A DNA stretch of 64,000 bases from Pristiophorus japonicus (Eukaryota). Made by a program: the position numbers and the translations under genes. The notes under the pieces are model-generated. The model ran no database searches. It was not told the DNA's origin and saw nothing but the letters and a program-made list of their open reading frames with translations. The number at the start of each line of letters is the position of its first letter. The first letter of the stretch is position 1. The stretch covers positions 44,640,001-44,704,000 of the forward strand of contig NC_091999.1 in NCBI RefSeq assembly GCF_044704955.1, read 5' to 3'. Below are positions 40,666-53,287 of the stretch, piece by piece.

Positions 40666-40748
40666 ACCAGGATTGCCGAGTGGTTAAGGCATTGGATTTA
40701 AAATGTAATTGATTTAAACCCGCGTGGGTTCGAACTCAACTCCTTAAT
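40666..40748 (+). pseudogene. tRNA-Leu(TAA) pseudogene (unit 3)
   Basis: ACCAGGATTGCCGAGTGGTTAAGGCATTGGATTTAA...CCGCGTGGGTTCGAAC. Confidence 0.78.
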
Positions 40749-40845
40749 TTAACACAGATTTCCTCCCATCCTGTTCAGTGGTACCCGATTTTCACCTGTT
40801 GAATCAGCATTTTTCTATGACACTCTGAGCCGATTGTGAAATGTA

Positions 40846-42273
40846 GTAGCTGAGGCAAATTGACTCTTCAAAATCTCAGTTTTCTATTTACTGTCTGAAT
40901 CTATTTTTTGCAATTCTTCATTCTTAGCCGAATTTTGTTTTTCCAATTCCGATATTTTATCCTCTAATTCTTTCTTGACCTTTGATTCACGTTCTGCGAA
41001 GTATGAAGGTGCATAGGTTACTAGACTCAGCGCCTTACCCAGCTTCTGTTTCTTAGCTTTAATCTGTTCATCAGTAAAAGTGACCATATCCTTAAGCGAC
41101 ACATTCCGGTTTTCCCCTAGGCAATCTACCAACAGTGTCTGCACTTGCGTTTCGTCACATCTTTTTTATAACTTTTTCTGATACACTTCCCAAAGACACT
41201 CCTCTGGCAATTTAAAATTAATTATTTTTAATTAAGCTTCCTTATCGAAAATAATAGTCATTATCGGTTGATGTAAATTAACCCACCATAAGGTTTGATC
41301 GGTGATCAAACTATCTGCCTTGCGTCTGCTGTTTATACACAACAACCTGTTTTTAAATGGAGAGAAAAAATTACAAGAATCCCCTATTAAATTGGAAAAT
41401 AATATATTGTATTTTGTTTTAAATATCCCTTTGTTTTGTCCCTTCGTGGTCGCCAGATGTAGTTTTTAAATACTGACCAGCGTTTTGCCGCTTGCTAACT
41501 ATAGCAATTCAACTATTCTCAGGGTTTATCTTTAATTAAAACGCGGAGACTTTTGTTCAAATCATAACAAATGCTTTTACTACAGTTATAATGGGTAAAA
41601 AAACAGAGCTTTATAAAGTTAATTATGTTCTGTTACAAAAAGTAATACTTAACAAATTATAGTCACAGCCTACTTCTCGATAGTGACCTCTCGAGATGAC
41701 TGTGGTGCCGACTCCTTATCTCCTGTTCTCTTGATTCGCACTGCATTCTGAGTAGAATAGCTGTTAATTTATACCATTTTTGTCCCATTCAAATGCTATG
41801 AAAATCTGCGGCTGTTTCACCCTTACAGTAGATCATATTGTCTACTGCCTTTGACCTTTTATGTTATCTCTATCTCCCCTCCATCTCTGCGGCAGGAATC
41901 ACTTCGCTGAGAACAGTTATACGAACCATGTCACACAGAATGCATTACAGAGCTTGGCTTTACAAAATTATGACTAGAACTGGTACATGCTGCATACCTT
42001 TATCTGATTGATTAATAATTTTGGCCTCCATCCTTCTAGTTCTAAATTAAGTTCTATCAGCAGTTACAAAAATGGATAACATAATAATGGCTCAGTTTAG
42101 CATGATGCTTTGCTTCTCAGCCTTTGGTCACTTTAAAACGCATTTTAAGCTATACGGCCATTTTCTATCATTTATAAACTAATTTTACAGACTTTTACTG
42201 GAAAGTACAAACATACAAATTATTCATTAATTAAAGACGTGTAAAATAAGCTTCTTAACTCTAACTTCGAACA
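40846..42273 (-). mobile_element. Endogenous retrovirus 5' remnant: LTR (41458 to about 42273), tRNA-Arg-type PBS, coiled-coil gag start
   Basis: 18-nt PBS TGGCGACCACGAAGGGAC at 41438-41455, 2 nt from the LTR-terminal CA; coiled-coil ORF remnant 40884-41144. Confidence 0.75.
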
Positions 42274-42584
42274 TCTGTCAATGGGAGGTATATTAGATTA
42301 GGCAGCAACTCCATCCATTCCCAAACTAACTTCCAAGCCCCTTCAGTAGCGCCGATGAATCTTCTCTCCCACCAACGCTAAGTGTCATTTTACTGCAGGA
42401 GGCTTCAGGCCTAGACCGCATGGGTTTAGTGAAAGAGCAGCGCGGCAACAGGAGGAACACGGGGGAAGATACTCGGGTGTGACCACAAACCGTGGGAGGT
42501 GTTTTTTGGTCGGGGGGCTCCGAATGAAAGTTCAGATGGTAAAGGACAGTGTACACAAAGTTCAGCGAAACAGGGAGCGAATAT

Positions 42585-42935
42585 CACTGGTGGAACCCTG
42601 CGTGATCTTCAGTGAGTTCAGGGAGATGTATCAGAGGGAATGGACTAGAGCAGGGAGACAGAATCCCTGGGATGATGACCAATGAGTTAAGGGAGATGGT
42701 AACAGAGCGAATGCAGTTGAGCAGCGAGGCAGGATCCCCGGGGTGATGATCAGTGAGTTCATGGAGATGGTATCAGGGGGAAAGGAGCAGAGAAGGCAGA
42801 CAGGATCCCCAGTTGATTATCAGTGAGTTCAGGGAGATGGTATCAGAGGGAATGGAGCAGGGCAGCGAGACAGGATCCCTGGGGTGATGATCACTGAGTT
42901 TGGGGTGATGGTATCAGAGGGAATGGAGCAGAGTA
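42585..42935. repeat. About 70-bp tandem repeat, about 5 copies
   Basis: TCAGTGAGTTCAGGGAGATGGTATCAGAGGGAATGGAGCAG recurs. Confidence 0.85.
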
Positions 42936-44725
42936 GAACATAAGAACATAAGAACATAAGAACATAAGAAATAGGAACAGGAGTAGACAATACGGTCCCT
43001 CGAGCCTGCTCCATCTTTCAATAGGATCAGTGCTGATCTGTTCATGGATTCAGCTCCACTTTCCTGCCCGCTGCCCATAACCCCTTATCCCCTTATCGTT
43101 TAAGAAACCGTCTATTTCTGCCTTAAATTTACTCAATGTCCCAGCTTCCAGAACTCTCTGAGGCAGCGATTTCCACAGATTTACAACCCTCTGAGAGAAC
43201 AGATTTCTGCTCATCTCTTTTTTAAATGGGCGGCCCCTGATTCTAAGATCATGCCCTCTAGTTCTAGTATCCCCCATCAGTGGAAACATGCTCGTTACAT
43301 CCATCCTGACAAGCCCCCTCCTAAGATTATACTCTTCGATAAGATCACCTCTCATTCTTCTGAATTCCAATGAGTGGAGTCCCAACCTACTCGACCTTTC
43401 CTCATAACTCACCCCCCTCATTCGCGGAATCAACCTAGTGAATGTTCTCTGAACTGCTTCCAAAGCAAGTATATCCTTTCGTAAATATGGAAATCAAAAC
43501 GTCACGTCGTATTCCAGGTTTGGCCTCACCAATATCTTATATAGCATTAGCAAGACATCCCTGCTTTTATACTCCATCCCCTTTGCAATAAAAGTCAAGA
43601 TACCATTGGCCTTCCTGATCACTTGCTCTACCTGCATACTCTCCTTTAGTGTTTCATGCACAAATACCCCAGGTTCTGCTGTGCTGCGGCATTTTACAAT
43701 TTTTCTCCATTTAAATAATAACGTGCTCTTCGATTTTTTTCTGCAAAAGTGCATGACCTCACACTTTCTAACATTATACTCCATCTGGCAAATTTTGGCC
43801 CACTCACTTAGCCTGTCTACATCCTTTTGCAGATTTTTTGTGTCCTCCTCACACATTGCTTTTCCTCCCATCTTTGTAACGTCATCAAACTTGAATATGT
43901 TACACTCAGCCCCTTCATCCAAGTCGTTAATATAGATAGTAAATAGTTGGGGTCACAGCACTGATCCCTGTGGCGCCCCACTAGTTACTGGTTGCCAATG
44001 AGAGAATTACCCATTTATCCCTACTCTCTGTTTATGTTCGTTAGCCACTTCTCTATCCATGCTACTGTATTACCAACAACCCCGTGAATGTTTATCTTGT
44101 GCATTAACCGTTTATGTCGCACCTTGTCAAATGCCTCCATAAGTCCAAATACACCACTTCCACTGATTCTGGTTTATCCACCCTGTTCGTTACATCCTCA
44201 AAGAACTCCATCAAAGTTGTCAAACCTGACTTCCACTTCATAAGTCCATGGTGATTCTGCCAGACCGAATTTTGCTTTTCAAAATGTCCTGCTACAGCTT
44301 CTTTAATAATGAACTCCAACATTTTCCCAACCACAGATGTTAGTCTAACTGATCTATAGTTTTCTGCCTTTTGTCTACTTCATTTTTTAAATAGGCACAT
44401 TACATTTGCAATTTTCAAATCTCCTGGGATCTCCCCAGAATCCAGAGAATTTTGGTAAATTAAAACCAATACATGCACAATCCCTATCACTACATCTTTT
44501 AAAACCCGAAGATGCAATCTCTCATGTCTAGGGGATTTATCCGCCTTTATTCCCATTATCTTACTGAGTACCATCGCCTTAGTGATTGTGATTGTGTTAA
44601 GTTCCACCCGTCCTATAGGCCCTTTACTATCCACTGTCGGAATATTGCTAGCGTCCTCGACTGTAAATACTAATACGAAATATTGTTCAGAGTTTCTGCC
44701 ATCTCCATATTCCCCATTACTAATT
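42936..44725 (-). mobile_element. 5'-truncated CR1 LINE
   Basis: RT fragments in minus-strand ORFs 43050-44634; (AAGAACAT)n tail at 42936-42970. Confidence 0.9.
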
Positions 44726-45224
44726 CCAGTAGGGCTAACTGCATTATGGAAACAGGAGACAGAATGCTAGTGTTAATGGGTATTGCTGAGATTAGAGCAG
44801 GATGGCTATTTTGCTCCTCGTTCTGTTTAAAACGTTTGGACTCGGGAGTCATTTAAAGAGGACAGTCCAAAACCAAAATTCATTGTACAAATGCTCTCCC
44901 CGAGAGGAGGGCTCCACTCGCATACTTAGCCTGGTCAAAACTAAAATAGTATTAGATCAGAATTGGATTTTCCCCGGCGATCACACACTCTGACCCCACC
45001 TAGCACACCGGCGGAGAGGGTTCCATAATACCCATGGGCACCGTGCGGTGCCGGATCTTATCTGCCTGAAATACTGCCTAAAAAGCTGTTCAACTGGAAA
45101 ATTGAGAGAGTCGACGTGTATAACAGAAAAAGATCGAGAGAGCGTGTGTATGTCTGAAAACCACCGGGCTCTGGGAATGATTCCCCAAGGTTGTGCTCGG
45201 TGTTTGTGTCAGATTTCGAACCAG

Positions 45225-45682
45225 TGCTATCCCTGCCCTGCGACTTTTGCTGGGACAGTGTAGAGGGAGTTTTACTCTATATCTAACCCGTGCTGTACCT
45301 GCCCTGGGAGAGTTTGATTCGTCAGGGTAGAGGGAGCTTTACACTGTATCTAACCCGTGCTGTCCCTGCCCTGGGAGAGTTTGATGGGTCAGTGTAGAGG
45401 GAGGTTTACTCTGTATCTAACCCATGCTGTTCCTGCCCTGGGAGAGTTTGATGGGTCAGTGTAGAGGGAGCATTACTCTGTATCTAACCGTGTTCTCCCT
45501 GCACTGGGAATGATTGATGGGTCGGTGTAGAGGGAGCTGTACTCTGTATCTAATGCGTGCTTTACCTGCCCTGTGAGTGTTTGATTGGACAGTGTATAGG
45601 GGCATTTACCTTATATCAATCCCATGCTGTACCTGCCCTAGGAGATTTGTATGGGACACTGTAGAGGGAAAATTACTCTGTC
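45225..45682 (-). repeat. 67-bp satellite block, inverted
   Basis: TAGAGGGAG recurs with period 67. Confidence 0.9.
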
Positions 45683-46139
45683 GTGTACTGAAATGTGACA
45701 AGCTGTGATGGAGCAGAGTCCTGCTCTTTGATAGAACCTGCCATGTGACTGCGACAGACCATAATATTCGAGGAGGCTGCATGGTGCATCTGGTCGCTGT
45801 GCAGTAATTGCACCTCTGGGACCGGATACAACAAGGCAGCGGTAGAGGTGTCTTTACTCCAGGGACACTGGGTGGCGCAGTGGGTCTTTCACCAATGGGA
45901 CTTAGTTTCAATCACAACCCAGACAGGACGGGTGAAACATACCTGTCAGGTAAATAAAACACAGTGTGACAGGGAAAATGGAGCCATGGAGAAAGGAACA
46001 GAGCAAATTCCAAGTTAGTTTATTTGTGATTCCAGATTTATTAACAATTTCATAGAAAACAACTTACAGGGAAGTTTAAAAAAGTGAACACAAAGTGAAT
46101 ACAACTGAGCAAAACATTGAGAACCGAACTCAGGTGGAT

Positions 46140-46564
46140 TGGGCCTGGACTCTCTGGAGTTTAGAATAATGAGAGGTGATCGGATTGAAACATAAGATTC
46201 TGAGAGCGATTGATAGGGTAAATGCTGAAGCGTTGTTTCTCCCTGGCTGGAGAGTCCAGAACTAGGGAGGCACTGTCTAAAGATAAAGGATCGGCCAGTT
46301 AAGACAGAGACGAGGAGGAATTCCTCCACTCAGAGGGTTCTGAATCTTTGGAATTCTCTGCCCCAGAGGGCTGTGGATGCTGAGTCTCTAAATATATTCA
46401 AGACCCAAATAGATAGATTTTTGGACTCAAGCAGAACAAGGGATATGGCTATCGGGCGGGAAAGTGGAGTTGAGGTCGATAATCAGCCCTGAATGTATTG
46501 AATTGCGGAGAAAACTCTAGGGGCCATTAGGCCTACTCCTGCTCCTATTTCTTATGTTCTTATG
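46140..46564 (+). mobile_element. CR1 3' end
   Basis: FRIMRGDRIET...GKWS*-like sequence and TTCTTATGTTCTTATG tail. Confidence 0.85.
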
Positions 46565-46920
46565 TCGGAGCTGCCAGCTATCTGTACTGTTGTGACAGAC
46601 ACCAGAGAGAGAGAAAACAGGGGTTCAGCATAAAGGGAAGGGAACAATTGTGAATAAAAATGAGTAAAGTTACTTATTTGCACACGATATATTCAAGGCA
46701 CGGTGAAATCCCGAGATACAGTTACATTACAGCCACAATTATCGTACATATTTCAAACACAAAGACGGAAATCCCAGTTATATATTTCTCAGCTACTGAT
46801 TCGGATCTAGTAACTTGAGGCATTTTACTCTGAGAGTCACCAAGAGGACATAGTATATTTTTAGTGACACAGAGATGATAAACAGATGAAGAAAATCCAC
46901 GGCGGCCGAAAGTCAGACAA

Positions 46921-46928
46921 TCACTTGA
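46921..46928 (-). pseudogene. IGHM: Probable IgM TM2 exon start (VK*), apparently missing one G
   Basis: Pyrimidine tract + ttacag then TCAAGTGA, 115 nt after the TM1 donor; the expected form is cag|GTC AAG TGA. Confidence 0.6.
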
Positions 46929-47043
46929 CTGTAATAGAGAGATAAAAGAATGAAGCTGAGGTTTAGTGCTCTGGGGCATTTATCTCAGGGTTTGTCAAAC
47001 GGCTTCCATCAGATGGAAGTGTGAGCGGATTGAATCTTCCCAC

Positions 47044-47171
47044 CTTCACCAGAGTGATGGCTGTACTGTAGGAAATGCTCAGGAAGAACAGGATGATGAA
47101 TGTGGAAGCGGTTGTCCAGATTTTGTCGCTCTCGTCCTAGTACTCTTCACTCCAGATGTGGTCTGAGGAAT
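47044..47171 (-). pseudogene. IGHM: IgM transmembrane exon TM1 with in-frame stop
   Basis: Reads DSSDHIWSEEY*DESDKIWTTASTFIILFFLSISYSTAITLVK, with the conserved antigen-receptor TM motif; TAG at 47137-47139; AG acceptor 47172-47173, GT donor 47042-47043. Confidence 0.9.
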
Positions 47172-47879
47172 CTACGGGGATGTAGGGGAGGAAATATATT
47201 CAGATCGTTTATTAATGCGGGATGTCATACTATTAATTTATTTCCTCTTTTCTTTCCCGTAAGGTATTAGTTTATACTCTAATTTAACATTGAATGTATA
47301 CCTTGTGTTAAGTTAATCACTCTCAGCAACCTCTCTCTGTGCCTCACTCCACAGTCGCTCTTCCATTATGATCCTCTTTTCGTCCGTTTTGGAAAATATG
47401 ATAGTTTTTCTTCAATCTCAGAGGATAATTGATTTTGGATGACTTTGTTACGATTGATCATTCCGGAATAATATGATGAAATATCGAGTGAGGATTACAG
47501 CTGGATCTCTATTGTTTTACCGGTAGGTTAAGGTAGTTAATTATTTGGAGCCTGCCAAAGGGGCTATTTAAGAGATCAGTTGTGAGTTTTTACCTTGTTT
47601 ATTTATTTGTTAAGACAATGGTCTGACCATAATTAACATATCGGTTTGCTAGAACTATACTGATCCAGTGTATGTGTAAGGATAGAATAGTGAAATGTGA
47701 GATATTATGGTATCAGGAATTATTTATTCTGGCCAAGCATTGGTACTTTGTCCGGCCAAAAACTGCATTTTAATTGTCATTCGTCTATACCGGACGTTTT
47801 TGTTTGTGCTCTTTACTGTTTATTTGAGTGCATGACTATCTCTTGTTCTGGATTAGTTCATGTTTCTGTGTCTCTGTGA

Positions 47880-50585
47880 GAGTGTTAATGTGTGTGTTTA
47901 TGTAATTGTGTGCGTGCTTTTCTCTGTGTGTGTACATGTATGTGTAAAAGTGTGTGTGTGTGTTTATGTGTAACTGTGTTTGTTGATGTGTAAGTTTGTG
48001 CACGTGTGCAGTTGTAAGATTGAGTATGCGTGTGTAAATCTTTGTGTTGTTTTGTGTAAGTGGGCCTGTGTCTATATGGAAGCGTGTGTTTATCTGTAAT
48101 TATGAGTGTGCGATTTGGTGTAGTTGGGTGCAGGTAAGTTTATGTATAAGAACGTCCATGTCTAAGGGTTTGTGTATTGATGTTTGTATGTGTATGTTTG
48201 TGTGCAAGTGTGTTCACGTGTGTGCTTATGTGTAAGTGTATGTGTATCCTTGTGTATATGTATGTAAGTTCATGTGTGTGTTTGTCAGTAAGTGTAAGTG
48301 TGTGATTATGTCTGAGTGTTCGTTTATGTTTAGGTGTAAGCGTGTGCATGTTTACATGTAACAGTGGGTTTGCAGGTAAGTTTGTGTGTGTTTGTGTGTG
48401 TGTGTTTTATGTTAGTGTGTGTGTGGATTGATGTTTGTGTTTATGTGTGTGTAAGTGTGTGTAAGTGTGTTTTTGTAAGTGAATGTTTGGATTGATGTAT
48501 GTGGAAGTGTGTGTTTGTAAGTGGGTGTTTGGATTGACGTGTGTGGAAATGTTTGTGTGTAAGTGAGTATAAGTGTGCTTTTTGTAAGTGTGTTTGGATT
48601 GATTTTTGTGTTTATGTGTGTTTAAGTGTGTGTACGTGTGTTTTGTGTAAGTGCATGTGTGGATTCATGTGTGTGTTTATGTGTGTGTAAATGTGTTTTG
48701 TGTAAGTGCGTATAAGTGTTTGCACGTGTGTTTTGTGTAAGTGTGTGTGTGGATTGACGTGTGTGTTTATGTGTGTGTAAGTGTGTGTGTGTGTGTGTGT
48801 TTTGGTAAGTGCGTGTGTGGATTGATGTGTATATTTATGTGTGTGTAAGTGTATTTTGTGTAAGTGCGTGTGTGGATTGATGTGTATGTTTATGTGTGTT
48901 AAGTGTGTTTTGTGTAAGTGCGTGTGTGGATTGATGTGTGTGTTAATGTGTGTGTAAGTGTGTGTACCTGTGTTTTGTGTAAGTGTGTGTGTGGATTGAT
49001 GTGTGTGTGTATGTGTGTGAAAGTGTGTTTTGTGTAAGTGCGTGTATGGATTGATGTGTCTATTTATGTGTGTGCAAGTGTGATTTTTGTAAGTGTGTTT
49101 GGATTGGTGTGTGTGTGTTTATGTGTGTGTAAGTGTGTTCTGTGTAAGTGTTTGTAAATGTGCTTTGTGTAATAGTGTGTTTGGATTGATGTGTGTGTGT
49201 AAGTGTGTGTAAGTGTATTTTGTGTAAGTGTATGTGTGGATTGATGTGTGTAATTATGGGTGTGTAAGTGCGTGTCAGTATGTTTTGTGAAATGTGTGTG
49301 TGGATTGAAGTGTGTCTTTATGTGTGTGTAACTGTGTTTTGTGTAGTGTGTGTTTGGATTATTGTCTATTATTGCTAATGTTCGAAGTTTCAGAGAGTAT
49401 CAATAACTGGATTTTACAATAATGGTTTTCATTATATTCTAGTTATGTACAATATTATGTGTCAGAGTGTTAACGTATGTCTTTATATGTAAGTCTATGT
49501 GTGTTTATGTGTAATTGTGCACTTACCCAAAAACACAAACACTTACACAAAATCATCAACACACTTCCATGTGAACACACACAACCTCACTTTCATATTT
49601 ATTCTCCCCGACTCTGTAAATGTGTTCTGTTTGAGGAATAATGTGACGTCAGCCGAAAGAATGCAACAATTCAACCGATGGGCCTCAGAAACATCAGGGA
49701 CACTGTGAGAAACCCGCAGAGGATTCATTCACCAGTTTAGATATGGCCCGTTAGAATTCAACATGTTTGTTTACAATTAACAGGGACAATTTCACCCCAA
49801 CACTATTTAAAAATATTGCGTGGAATAAATAGTTATTTCAGAATAGAATACTCATTTGGCAAGTATAAAATCTTTACACCATGGGTTAGAATCTCACATT
49901 GTACACAATGTGTTTATGTATGTGTAAATGCGTTTTGTGTAAGTGTGTATAAGTGTTTGTAAGTGTGTGTAAGTGTTTGCATGTGTGTTTTGTGTAAGTG
50001 TGTTTGTGGATTGACGTGTGTGTTTATATGTGTGTGCGTGTGTGGATTGATGTGTATGTTTGTGTGTGTGTAAGTGTGTTTTGTGTAAGTGTGTGTGTGG
50101 ATTGATGTGTGTATTTATGTGTGTGTAAGTGTGTTTTGTGTAAGTGCGTGTGTGGATTGATGTGTGTGTTTATGTGTGTGAAAGTATCTTTTTTGTAAGT
50201 GCGTGTATGGATTGATGTGTGTATTTATGTGTGTGTAAGTATATGCAAGTGTGGTTTTTGTAAGTGTGTGTATGGATTGGTGTGTGTGTGTTTATGTGTG
50301 TATAAGTGTGTTTGGTGTAAGTGTGTGTGTGGGTTGATGTGTGTGTTTATGTGTGTGAAAGTATGTTTTATGTAAGTGCGTGTATGGATTGATGTGTGTA
50401 TTTATGTGTGTGTAAGTGTGTGTAAGTGTGCATTTTGTAAGTATGTGTTTGGATTGGTGTGTGTGTTTATGTGTGTGTAAGTGTGTTTTGTGTAAGTGTG
50501 CTTTGTGTAAGTGTGTGTGTGGATTGGCGTGTGTTTTGATGTGTGTAAGTGTGTGTAACTGTGTTTTGTGTAGTGTGTGTTTGGA
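47880..50585. repeat. TG-rich compound microsatellite blocks in the CH4-TM1 intron
   Basis: (TG)n with GTAAGTGTG and TGGATTGATG subunits; interrupted by unique block 49350-49905. Confidence 0.92.
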
Positions 50586-51937
50586 TTGAGATCTCTTATT
50601 GCTACTGTTCGAAGTTTCAGAGAGTATCAATAACTGGATTTTACAAAGATGGTTTTCATTATATTCTAGTTATGTATAATATTATGTGTCAGAGTGTTAA
50701 CGTATGTCTTTATATGTAAGTCTATGTGTGTTTATGTGTAATTGTGCACTTACACAAAAACACACACACTTACACAAAATCATCAACATACTTCCATGTG
50801 AACACACACAAACTCACTTTCACATTTATTCTCCCCGGCTCTGTGTAAATGTGTTCTGTTTGAGGAATAATATGACGTCAGCTGAAAGAATGCAACGATT
50901 CAACTGATGGGCCTCAGAAACATCAGGGACACAACTGTCAGAAACCCGCAGCGGATTCAATCACCAATTTAGATATGGCCCATTAGAATTCAACATGTTT
51001 GTTTACAATTAACAGGGACTGCTGCACCCCCAACCCTATTTAAAAAATATTACGTGGAATAAATAGTTATTTCAGAATATAATACTCATGTGGCAAGTTT
51101 AAAATCTTTAGACCATGGGTTAGAATCTCACATTGTACTGATGCCAACTTAGTCCATATAAAATAGGCTGGTTCACTTCCCATGTCCCTGCAGGGGGCGC
51201 AGTGGTGATTACATGAATTACACATTGCCCTTTCCCCTCTCGCTGGTGGATGTGAGAGGTCCAGTAAGCTAATAATTACCCTTTACTCTCTCTCTGCTGG
51301 GGGAGTGGGGAGCGACAGTAGATTACCAATTACCCATCACAATCTCTGCTGGGGGAGTGCCTGATACAGTGGGTTAACTATTGCCCATTTCCCTATCTCT
51401 GGTGGAGGAGGGAATGTACAGTGGGTTAACAATTGCTGTTCTTCTCACTCGCTGTTGGGGGAATGGTATTAAAGTGGGCCAACAATTACCCTTTCCCCCC
51501 CTCTCTCTAGTTAGGGAAGTGGGACTAAAGTTGGTTAACAATTACCCTTTCCCCTCTCTCTGGTGGGGAGTGGAGGTACAGTTCGTGTTCGTGTGTGGCA
51601 CTCAGTTCAGTTCCCCGTGGTTGCAATATGAAACTGACTTCAATTATAAATTTGCGATAGACAACCCGAGAAACAGGGACACCGAGATATAAATGTGCTG
51701 CCTTTATTTATCGGAAATAGGAAAGGTAGTAAGTTTGTGAAGTTACTTTCATGAATCCTGTAAAGATAGAGCTTCACGCTGTCTCTAGCCCATGGTGTAT
51801 CTGCACTGGGAGCTCTGGCTGTACAAGCCTTGGACCAGAGACCAGCAAACACCCTACTTCGCCCTCACATTGGCCAAAATAGGAAACACAATTAATTGAG
51901 CGGCAGTGTGTTTAGCTCACTGTTGGAAGGAGAACAC

Positions 51938-51943
51938 TTTATT
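51938..51943 (-). promoter_or_regulatory. Polyadenylation signal of the secretory mu transcript
   Basis: AATAAA on the minus strand about 40 nt after the tailpiece stop. Confidence 0.75.
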
Positions 51944-51981
51944 GGTTTCTATTTAAGAACTGAAATGCAATCGAGAGATTG

Positions 51982-52373
51982 TCATTGACAAGAATTGACG
52001 GTGTCCATCAGAACAAGGGAAATGTTCACAAAACTGGGTTTACCGCTGGATTTATTGACGATTCTGTTGGTGATCTTCAAGGGGATCGCTTCATGTCCCA
52101 CCACACAGGAGTAAGAAGCGCCGCTGGCCCACTCCTCGGCTGCAATGGATAGCAGGCTGTACATGAAGAAGGAGCTGCTGCAGTTCTCCGCCATCACTTC
52201 GGTGTTGTTGTAGTTGCCGGAATCCACCGGCTTGTCATTGACGGTCCATTTGACGAAGATCTCTCGGGGGGTGAAACCTCTCACTAAGCAGGTGAGGCTG
52301 ACCAACCTCTGAGCGGAGACTTCTTCTACCGGGGGCAGGAGGACAGACACGGCCGGTTCCCGCCGATCTTTCG
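51982..52373 (-). CDS. IGHM: IgM heavy chain CH4 exon plus secretory tailpiece
   Basis: [34 protein letters not shown]...[11 protein letters not shown]...[22 protein letters not shown]; internal membrane donor G|GTAAA at 52043; tailpiece has the NIS sequon and penultimate Cys. Confidence 0.96.
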
Positions 52374-53287
52374 CTGTAGAACAGTTAGAATAAAGGCCAA
52401 TGAACTGGACAGTTCCAGAGACAATGGGGGTGAACTTTAACCTAATGCAGCGGGCGGGTTGTGGTCGTGGAGGTGGTTAAATTGGTAAAAATCGGAATCC
52501 CGACCGCAACGCGCCCACTCCAGGTTGTAATATTATATTTGAGTAAAATATTTAAATGAGACTGGAATCTTCTATTTTAACCACCATTTGGTGTTTAACC
52601 GTCGCTGGTCCGGTTTGACACACTGTGTAAATCCCTGCAGTTACAGCGAGGCGGGGACTGCTGCACCCAGGTGGTAATTGCCCTTACACCTACCTCCTGG
52701 ATCCAGGGTCCCTGCCTAACCCACCCCCCGCGATCCGAGACCTCCTCACTCGGCTTCTAATCCTCCCGTTCTCCCGGGTGGCCTGTGAGACCACCGCCCA
52801 CAACTCGCCTTCCTTATTTAATTTTAGCCAATTTCAGGTGGTTAGATGTGAGAGAAATGGATACTGCGTTGAATTTTAACGCTTTTCCTTTTCCCCTCTG
52901 GGGCCTTTCTGGATTTCCATCCCGCAGCAGAGGGAACACAATCTTTCTCTCTGAAATCTTGAAGGGTTGGTCTGGAAAATTATATAGAATTTACTGCACA
53001 GAATGAGGATATTTGGCCAACTGGTCTATGCCGGTGTGTATGTTCCACACAAGCCACCTCCTAGCTCACTTAATTTAATCCTAATAACATACCCTTCTAT
53101 TCCTTTCTCACACATGGACTTATCCACTTTCCCCTAAAATACATAATGTCAGGTCACAGAGTGCAGAGTTCGTGGAATTACCAAACTGAATGATCAAAGT
53201 AGCCCATTAAACATTTTATATAATGATTGGCTCTTGCACATGCCTTAGTCACAGTATCTCACTTATTGCAACAATCTCCCCGCTCAC

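Noticed and set aside
27827-42273. A single provirus that captured the tRNA array between its 5' (gag) and 3' (env) halves
   Set aside because: The two LTRs differ in length and show no visible similarity, so they are separate elements
44725-45225. Possible leader of another retroelement
   Set aside because: No PBS, LTR end or protein motif could be recognised
47880-50585. Class-switch (S) region
   Set aside because: Lies 3' of CH4 and is a TG microsatellite without AGCT-rich repeats; sharks lack canonical S regions
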